Positions 54,945-64,000 of a DNA stretch of 64,000 bases are shown in pieces. The translations under genes were made by a program, and so were the position numbers. The stretch comes from Octopus vulgaris (lineage: Eukaryota). The stretch spans positions 45,074,001 through 45,138,000 of the forward strand of contig OX597826.1 in assembly GCA_951406725.2 (NCBI GenBank), given 5' to 3'. Below the pieces are notes generated by a model that was given only the letters and a program-made list of their open reading frames with translations, was not told the origin of the DNA and made no database searches. Numbering within the stretch: position 1 is the stretch's first letter; each line of letters starts with the position of its first letter.

Positions 54945-56377
54945 GATTGGTTCTCAGCCGGGGTCCATATGGCCCTTTAAGTTCTATAAAACTTTGTTGT
55001 TAATAATTATGTGCAATAAGTTGCTTACAATTCTGCAAGGTGGGGCAGAGAGGACGGATGGCTTTTACTTACACCCAAGAGTAGGGACATATGTCCGACA
55101 GGTACCGTTCAGTCCGTGGTGTCTTAGCATTTTTTTTCAGCTTAAGCCATGGTGGCGCTGTGGACGATAGAGCATCACGTGTTTGCCGACGACAGTTACA
55201 TGATGAATAAACGAGTCTGTGACAGTGGTTCATTGTGAGTTTCGGTGTCACTTTATCATTCACCGAAATCAGACGGTTTCCACCCGTAACACAATCTTAT
55301 GTTGGTGAATGCACCACGAACGGTACGGAACCCAGAAAATGTGGAAATCGTCGGAGAAGCTTTGAGTCCAAATCGCTCTGTTCGGAGGCTTTCCACTGAA
55401 CTTGGCACCGGTAATCAATCAGTAAGACGTATTTTGCATGAAAACCTGCATTCCCTCCCGTACAAATTTGTCATTGAGCATCGTTTGAAACCATGGGACT
55501 AGGCACAGCGGCTTAACTTTGCACGCAGATGGAATCAATTGTTGAGGCAAATGACAACCTCATTTTGTTAATGAGTGATGAAGTTTATTTTCCTCTTATG
55601 GCATTGTGAATCATCAGAACTGTCGTTATTGGGCTCTTGAAAATCCGAGAGAACTGCACGAAAGGCCACTGCACAGCCAAAAGTGATGGTCTGGTGTGCT
55701 GTTGGAAAAGCTGCCGTCAATAATCCATACTTGAAGAAAATAATGGAATTGCGGTTGCTATGAAATCCCAGAGTTACATCGAGATGATAAACATCTTTGT
55801 GCCTGTATTACGATGAAAACCTATGCCTATTCGACGTATGTGGCTTCAGCAGGATGGAGCGGCGGCCCACACAGCCAGAGCATCAATGGATGTTCTTCGT
55901 CCTCGCTTTAGTGACCGTCTCATTTCTACAGTTGCTGACATTCCTTGGGCCCCTTCATCCCCTGATTTCTCCATGTATGATTATTTTTTGTGGGGAAACG
56001 TCAAATTACGTGCATCTGGACATAAGCCCCGTACTGGACGATTTGAAGGAAGCTGATTACGTGGAAGTCGCCCAAATCGACTGGAGAGAGAGAGAGAGTG
56101 AGGGGCCAACTTCCAAGAACGCCTTCAGAAATGCATCAGTGAAAACGGACACCACATGATGGATTTTGTTTTCCACACTTGATTTTGACATATGTCAATT
56201 CAATATGAACACATTGATGTCAATAAAATTGGTTTGCAGCTAAATTTAATGATTTTGAGAATTTTTCAAAACATCCGACCTCTCTTCCCTACCCTACACA
56301 ATAAACGAAATATTTTTTTTATATAATTCCTAATAATATTTAATTATGAAAATACAGTAGGATCTTTTACACACACA

Positions 56378-56417
<40 letters not shown>

Positions 56418-56523
56418 CACACACACACACACACGCACACACATGTTGAATGTCTACGGAGGTCCAATAGAGTAAAATAGGAAGCAAAGAGGTCCATAGG
56501 CAAAAAATGGTGAAGAACCATTT
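54945..56523. mobile_element. hAT-like MITE interrupted by a DD41D transposon
   Basis: Ends tggttctcagcc and ggtccataggcaaaaaatggtgaagaacca resemble the ends of 22394-22712. TSD not resolved. Confidence 0.6.
55036..56296 (+). mobile_element. Tc1/mariner DD41D (rosa/Visitor-type) element, degenerate, both TIRs present
   Basis: TIRs caaggtggggcagagaggacggatg and catccgacctctcttccctacccta; LMSDE, then WLQQD-41 residues-D (WAPSSPDFSMYDYFLWG); several frameshifts. Confidence 0.88.
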
Positions 56524-57109
56524 CTCCAGAATCGATAATATTAATACGCTGACTTTTTTTTTTGCACGTACATTTTGTGTGCGTTAGACTTACTTCAAAG
56601 AAGTGACAAAGCGAGAGAGAGAGAGAGAGAGGAGGAGGACAGAGAGGAAGAAAGAGAGAGAGAGAGAGAATGAGAGTGAAAATGAGAATGAGAGAGAAAG
56701 TGAGAAAGTGAGAGAGAAAGAGAGAGTGTGAAAAAGACAGTGAGTGGTGACGGCGTTCGTTTTGTGATTTTAAATGTTTCAGAGAGAACTTAATAGAGAA
56801 AGAAAGATAGTGAGAGAGAGAGAGAGGAGAAATGAGAGGGAACGAGAGAGGAAGTGAAAGGGACAGTGAGTGGTGACAGCGTTTGTTTCGTGTTTTTTAA
56901 TGCTAATCACATCGCAAGAGAAGTAGATACATTGATACTTATACACATTGTTAAATCAAAAGCGGGCGAGAAGAGGGACACAAAGGAAATGAAAGAGAAA
57001 GAGAGAAGGTGAGAGAGAGAGAGAGTAGATACATAAATCCAAAGAAAAGTTCATAGATAGATACATAGAAACAGCAAATATTGGCTGTCAATTTCACTTT
57101 TCATTACCA

Positions 57110-57240
57110 CACGGTGATAAAATTAACTCACAAATGGCTGAGTACTCTACAGACATGCCTAACATTAATGTAGTTCTCTGGGAGAATCAGCCTCACACAG
57201 AATATGATAAGGCTGGCCCCTTTGAATTACAGCTACAATT
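57110..57240 (-). mobile_element. Old SINE fragment related to family A tail type 2
   Basis: aatggctgagtactctacagaca...gtagttctctgggaga...ggcccctttgaattacag. Confidence 0.6.
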
Positions 57241-57889
57241 CGAGACATATATGTATATGAATGTATTTGTGTATGTGGGTGTATAGTTTAGATTAGTTAA
57301 AACATGCTTGCAATAATAAGTTATCAAACGTTTATTCATAAAGCCATTTATTATATCGTTCTTTTACATTTCAATTCGTACATTAAGGTTCTTTGAATAT
57401 GTATGATATATTTTAAGGTTAAATAGTAATTCCGTTTTCGTTTGTGTAACAGATATTTTGGTCGGATCATAGTTATTGATCTTACATTACGTCCTATATT
57501 CTGTAACTGTCACAATATACATTTATAAGCCTGAATTTTTTGCGGGGAAGGCGCCAGTTAATTAGATCGACCCAGTACACAACTGACACTTATTTTATCG
57601 ACCCCGAAAGGACGAAAGGCAAAGTCGATCTCGGCAGAATTTGAACTCAGATCGTAAAGAGAGACGGTCATAATATACAAACATTTCTCATGGCACCAGT
57701 ACACTGTTTACAGATGCTTACATTTTTAATGTTTTCCGTGAATTTTCCCGGGTCCAGCTAGTATGAGATTATTTTAAATAACAGATGAATTTTAGTCACA
57801 TGGTATTTGATGTACCTGTATTTGTCTATGTTGTCTAAATGCATGAGTTATCCATCTTTACTCATATACATACATGCATAAATATATAT

Positions 57890-58137
57890 ATCACCGTGAC
57901 CGACCAGGCTATCAGATGTTGCTACACATCGCTGGTCACAATGCACTTCGCATTGTTTTAGCCAACAGAAGAAAGTTGTGAAAGAGTACAGCAGGGCTCA
58001 CCACCACCCCCTGCCGGAGGCTCGTGGAGCTTTAGGTGTTTTCGTTGAATAAACACTCACAACGATCGGTCTGGGAATCGAAACCGCGATCTTACGACCG
58101 CGAGTCCGCTGCCCTAACCACTGGGAAATTGCGCCTC
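57890..58137 (-). mobile_element. tRNA-derived SINE family A, tail type 1 (internal deletion)
   Basis: Reverse complement of the 21282 copy. Confidence 0.88.
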
Positions 58138-59223
58138 GCACACACACACACACATACACACACACACACACACACAGACATATATATATATATAGTGAGA
58201 GAGAGAGGGGGAGAGGCAGGTAGAGGGAGAGTGAGAAAGGATACCATCATACATTATGTAAACTGTAACACAAAGAAACAGACCTACAAATGATGAGATG
58301 GACTACATATAGATGTACAATTATATCTGTGTGTATTGGGGATTATACATTCTCCATACAGACATACGAAATGAGATCTTTCATATTCTCATCTTTTAAA
58401 TTCCTGTAATGATTTCTTGTATGTTTGTGTCATTATACATCAACCGTAATCGTTGAACGTAATTCTCCAAAATACTTCAAAATCCATTAAAATGTTCCTT
58501 CCTGGTTGCCAGCCTTTCTAATAAGTAAGAGTTCAACTAGAGACTAAATACTAATTCGGTTTTCCAATAAACAAGCTGTGTGATATATTTATACCTACCT
58601 TCAAGCGTCTAATACATTGATCTTTTGCTTTCATCTAACAGCGAGGAAATAGAATGTGGTCACCGAATTTTCAAGCAGAAAATTTGTTCGTTGCTGGTGG
58701 GTGTATTTCTTACAAAATGTGATAATTTTCTTCTTTCTCTTCTGGATTCTGTAGATATAATTCCGTTTATTATTGGTAGTCCCAGCTGGTACATTGCCCC
58801 AGACACCACTCACTGTGTTTCTAAATTGATACAGAACATTATATTATTATACTATTGAATTTCTAGTTCTCTGCTAAACTGGTTATTAACACTTGACGCG
58901 TCAATGCTGCTATATTCTGAAAATTCTCCATCTGTCCTTTCCTCGTTGATGGAACTCGGGTTATGGTTTACGAACAATACTAGATGTCCAGGCGCTCTGC
59001 ATCTCACTGCTAGCATCGGCGCTTTGCTTCCTTTTTTTTTTATGCTAGTTGAGATAATAGCTAATTTCTTGAATCTATTCGAGCACACAAGCACAGAAAC
59101 ACTTAGAAGCACACAACAGTTAAAGACATGTAAATTCTCAGAAACGCAGTCATACAAATACATGCACAACCAAGCTCTCTGTCTCGTGTGTGTCTTTGTC
59201 TGTGTGGGTGGGGGGGGGCACAC

Positions 59224-59760
59224 GCACATCACCATGTGGCAAGCTTCACAAGGTTACTAGAGGGGCTTCGGAGACAAAGTATGACTCATAGGTTTACAGA
59301 GTGTAGAATTCAAAACTGTTAATAAATTGACAAAATAAACCAGTAAATCCTTCCCTTATTTTTTACTACTCGCACACAAGTGTGTGTGTGTGCGTGTGTT
59401 TGTGTGCGTGTGCACATCACCATGTGGCAAACTTCACAAGGTTACTAGAGGCGCTTCGGAGGCAAAGTATGACTCATAGGTTTACAGAGTGTAGAATTCA
59501 AAACTTAATAAATCGACAAAATAAACTACTAAATCCCTGCCCTTATTTTTTACTACTCACACACACACGTACACTTGTGTGCGTGTGTGTGTGTGTGTGT
59601 ATGTGCACATCACCATGTGGCAAGCTTCACAAAGTTACTAAAGGTGCTTCGGAGGCAAAGTATGACTCATAGGTTTACAGAGTGTAGAATTCAAAACTTA
59701 ATATATCGACAAAATAGACTGCTAAATCTCTTCCCTTATATTTTTACTACTCACACACAC
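59224..59760. repeat. Three tandem ~190-bp units separated by CA/TG tracts
   Basis: gcacatcaccatgtggcaa starts at 59224, 59411 and 59604. Confidence 0.95.
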
Positions 59761-59761
59761 A

Positions 59762-59831
<70 letters not shown>

Positions 59832-60465
59832 TGTCTGTATCTATATGCATTTATTGTTCCAGCGAGTGATCGAATTCTTCAAATCATACAAGTAGCAATC
59901 ACGTCATAAATTACTTGAGAGCCATCAAGGAAACCATCATCAATAACGAAATGAATGTTAGACAATTGCGGAAATTCAACTCAGTAACAGAAAATAGAAT
60001 GATGACGCATGTAGGTTTTAATTTGTTTAATTACATCTAAAGATGATATTCACTGTTAATAACTAATGGTAGATTTAATTATCTATCTTAAAATGGAAAG
60101 TATAGTAGCGATGAAAAATACCCATTACATTAATAGTTATTGTTTTGTTTAAGATGAAGTCTAAGGAAACACTATTCCTAATAGGAATTCATATCAATGT
60201 AGGAAGATGATCTTGGAAAAGAAAACTGACATTTGTAAATCATTGATATAATGGATAATTATGGAGAAGTAAGTTCATACTACTATAAAGGAGAGACGAG
60301 GAATCTTTCGTATTTTTTCGAGCGCCTCTCAGATCGTAAGTTGTACGAAGTTGTACGTAACGAATAATTTCTTTTTTAAACAAGATATTGCTTTCACTTA
60401 TACTTCTACTGGGAGATATTTTTACAGAGAAATCTAGAGCGTAGTTATTATTATTGAAGACTTGA

Positions 60466-61288
60466 AGGCGGTGAGCTGGCAGAAACGTTAGCACAGCGGG
60501 CGAAATGTGTAGCGGTATTTCGTCTGCCGCTACGTTCTGAGTTTGAATTCCACCGATGTCGACTTTGCCTCTCATCCTTTCGGAGTCGATAATTTAAGTA
60601 CCAGTTACGCACTGAGGCCGATATAATTGACTTCATCCGTTTGTCTTTCCTTGTTTGTCCTCTCTGTGTTTAGCCCCTTGTGGGTAGTAAAGAAATAGGT
60701 ATTTCGTCTGCCGTTACGTTCTGAGTTCAAATTCCGCCGAGGTCGACTTTGCTTTCATCATTTCGGGGTCGATAAATTAAGTACCAGTTACGCACTGGGG
60801 TCGATGTAATCGACTTAATACCTATGTCTGTCCTTGTTTGTTCTCTCTGTGTTTAGCCCCTTGTGGGTAGTAAAGAAATAGGTATTTCGTCTGCCGCTAC
60901 GTTCTGAGTTTAAATTCCACCGAGGTCGACTTTGCCTCTCATCCTTTCAGAGTCGATAAATTAAGTACCAGTTACGCACTGGGGTCGATGTAATCGACTT
61001 AAACCGTTTGTCTGTCCTTGTTTGTTCCCTCCGTGTTTAGCCCACATGAAATATCTATTTAGATATTTCGTCTACCGCTACGTTCTGAGTTCAAATTCCG
61101 CCGAGGTCGACTTTGCTTTTCATCCTTTCGGGGTCGATTAAATAAGTACCAGTTATGCACTGGGGTCGATATAATCGACTTAATCCGTTCGTCTGTCCTT
61201 GATTGTCCTCTCTGTGTTTAGCGCCTTGTGGGTAGTAAAGAAATAGGTATTTCGTCTGACGCGTTGTGCCTTTAGTGGAAAGGATTAT
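60466..61288 (+). mobile_element. SINE family D with four tandem ~184-bp internal units
   Basis: One head, then units beginning g(g/a)tatttcgtct at 60514, 60698, 60881, 61062 and a partial one at 61246. Confidence 0.92.
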
Positions 61289-61960
61289 AATTGTCGAGTT
61301 GACTGAATCATTAGCGCATCGGAGAAAAAGCTTAGCGGCATTTATTCCAGTTCTTTAAGTTCTGAGTTTAAGTATCACCTATTACGATGATGAGATAACT
61401 TGCATATCAGGTTGATGTGATCGACTACCTCTCTTCCACTAAAATTACTGGCCTTGTACCAAAATTTGAAACAATTATTGTTGCCTTGTATTTTCTCCAG
61501 TCATACTGGAGCGCAAGGACACAAACTTTAACAGATTTCTTACATTATATCGCTTCGATAATTTTATTTTAACGCTCTCATAAGGAAAGTCAGGCAACGT
61601 CAACCGCGCATCAAAGGAATACTTCCAGTTGTACAAAGAATTTTTTGCTTGTTTTGATGTAGCATTTTTGTTGAAATACACTCATCCGCAGACACAGAAG
61701 CACACAAGCACACACACACACATACACACATACACACATGCACATACACATGTATATGGTTATATCTATTTATCTATTTAGTTGTGTACGTATGTATATA
61801 TAAACATATATACATGTGTGTGTTTGTATGTGTGTGTATATATATATATATATAAGCTATTTTAACGCTTCAATGTGTATATACTGGCAAAGATGTGTGA
61901 GAGCAGCAAACATAAAAAATGTCTTACGTCTAGGAAGAACATTATGAACCAGAATCGGAT

Positions 61961-62035
61961 AATCCAGTACCTAGGTTTCGGGCTCTTCAGATACGTTTGT
62001 CATCGTAAATTTGATTAGTCTTCATCAGCTGGATT
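61961..62035 (-). ncRNA. Type-I hammerhead ribozyme motif
   Basis: Minus strand AATCCAG-CTGATGA-AGACT...AGCCC-GAAAC-CTAG-GTA-CTGGATT: 7-bp stem I, palindromic stem III ACCTAGGT, GUA triplet; stem II imperfect. Confidence 0.78.
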
Positions 62036-62071
62036 TACCTGGACAATACTTCAAATACTCTCTCTCTCTCT

Positions 62072-62272
62072 CTCTTTTACTTGTTTCAGTAATTTGACTG
62101 CGGCCATGCTGCAGCACCGCCTTTAGTCGAGCAAATCGATTCCGGGATTTATACTTTGTAAAACCCAGTACTTATTCTATCGGCTCCTTTTGCCGAACTG
62201 CTAAGTGACAGGGACATAAACACACCAGCATCGGTTGTCAAGCGATGTTGGGGGACAAACACAGACACATAT

Positions 62273-62338
<66 letters not shown>

Positions 62339-62499
62339 GACGGGTTTCTTTCAGTTTCCTTCTACCAAATCCACTCACAAGGCTTTAGTTGGCTCATGGC
62401 TATAGTAGAAGACACCTGCTCAAGGTGCCACGCAGTCGGACTAAACCCGGAACCATATGGTTTGTAAGCAAGCTACTTACCACACAGCCACTCCTACGC
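62072..62499 (-). mobile_element. SINE family C
   Basis: Full-length reverse-complement copy. Confidence 0.9.
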
Positions 62500-62586
62500 T
62501 TTCAAATGTTGCTACATCAATACCAGTATACTCGCCTGAACGCTTAGCCGTTACTAGACCGAGAACACTGAAACCGTTAGTAGCCT

Positions 62587-62694
62587 TGTTGTTGTCTTTT
62601 GTTCCTTCTCGAGCCGTGCAAGGACCATAAGGGCCGGTTTTCCGCTTTCATTGGCGTATAGGTTTCCCGCCTGGACGGGATGCCAGTCCGTTGC
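62587..62694 (-). mobile_element. SINE family B 3' fragment
   Basis: Reverse complement of about 23920-24024. Confidence 0.75.
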
Positions 62695-62771
62695 AAATAG
62701 AAGCCTAAATACTCAAATAAAGAAAATTTATCCACCAATGTGGTGTTGAACACTCATTCTCATTGTTCGAC

Positions 62772-62818
<47 letters not shown>

Positions 62819-64000
62819 CGCACACACATACACATATACACAATCACACACACATATACACACATGTATATATACACACACACATTTGTGTGTGCGAGGC
62901 TACCATAGCACGATAGTATTGTAGACAGTTTTATCTAAAGAAAAAAAAAATCACTCACAACACTATGCTAGAAGACGCCCTAAATGCGAAACAGTAGGAT
63001 TGAAACCAAGACCATCCCATACACATACATATGTATATAGATATATGCATAAACATACAGTTATATATAAGTAATATCATTGTATACTGGTTTCAAATTT
63101 TAGCACAAGGCCAGCAACTTCGGTGGATGGGTAAGTCGATTACTTCGACTCCACTGCTCAACTGCTACTTATCGACTGGGAAATGATAAAAGTCAAAATC
63201 GACCTAGGTGCTATTTGAACTCAGAACGTTAAGACGGCCGAAATGCCGGTAAGTATTTCGCTCGGCCTGCTAAAATCTTTCATCTCTTTCTTATGTCATT
63301 GTATATTAATATCAATATTAAAGTGGTGAAAGGCACCTTGTGCTAATATTTGATACCAATATTATATGTTAAAAGTCATTTTGTGTCAAATTTATGTTTC
63401 CTTGTGTTTATGTGGATGTCTGTGCTTGTGTGCGAGTAGTTCATGTTTTTGTACCGTAATGTTTGAATATTACTGCTGCCCTTGTGGCGAATAAAGAAAA
63501 TCATTGTAATTATCAACATAATGATTATTATCTTTGATACCCTATGATATTGCTATTATAATTTAAGAACCATAAATAACTATTATTGCACTAAACACCA
63601 AATAGTAACTGTATAAAGCCAGCATTATGATTGTCTATTAACTATTAAGTCGATAACCATCCGTCAATCAGTCATTTTTATTGTTACTTTTGTTAAGTTT
63701 AATTGATGGTTAAAACATCAAGTGAGAGAAAACAAATTTAGAAAATGTAATTTGCTTTGATTTATAGTTTTTGGTCCAAGGTTCAGAAAAATTTAGCGAT
63801 TTTTTTTAAGGCCATATTTTTTTCTTTCTTTCATCTAAAGTATATCTGATGATTATGACATCTGAATATTCTAGAAGTTAATTTACGTGGAAATTGAGTT
63901 TAAATTGCAAATAAAAACATGTTTGGTAATTAATGCAAAAATATTTCATATTTCTTTTTTTTTTTTTGCATATTTAATCGAAAATTAAAATTTAGATTTA

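Noticed and set aside
58852-59235. 127-aa minus-strand ORF and overlapping 118-aa plus-strand ORF
   Set aside because: No recognisable domain; both overlap low-complexity and repeat sequence.
59224-61288. Regular repeat arrays as CRISPR-like loci
   Set aside because: Units are long tandem duplicates without unique spacers, there are no cas genes, and the context is eukaryotic.

Overview
AT-rich, microsatellite-dense eukaryotic DNA. The repeat families suggest an octopus/coleoid cephalopod genome (inferred from recognition, not checked against a database). I found no intact protein-coding gene, and most long ORFs in the track are microsatellite artefacts. Recognisable content: a 5'-truncated processed pseudogene of FAM50/XAP5 (699-1280, minus, two in-frame stops); a diverged 5S rRNA copy (44225-44341, minus) fused to a SINE/LINE-type 3' tail; three Tc1/mariner relics (Tc1-like, maT-like, and a DD41D element with TIRs nested in a hAT-like MITE); an RTE-clade LINE fragment; a probable LINE 3' end inside a (GATA)n array; a non-autonomous Helitron; hAT and pogo MITEs; and many copies of at least four tRNA-derived SINE families with interchangeable heads and tails. 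The most striking hidden layer is about a dozen type-I hammerhead ribozyme motifs (CUGAnGA...GAAAC...GUH) from several unrelated short elements sitting in or beside microsatellites, most simply read as Penelope-like pLTR or retrozyme remnants. They include a near-perfect palindrome with 83-bp arms carrying a hammerhead on each strand, and a three-copy family with a non-canonical CUGURGA core. All coordinates were read by eye and may be off by a few bases.
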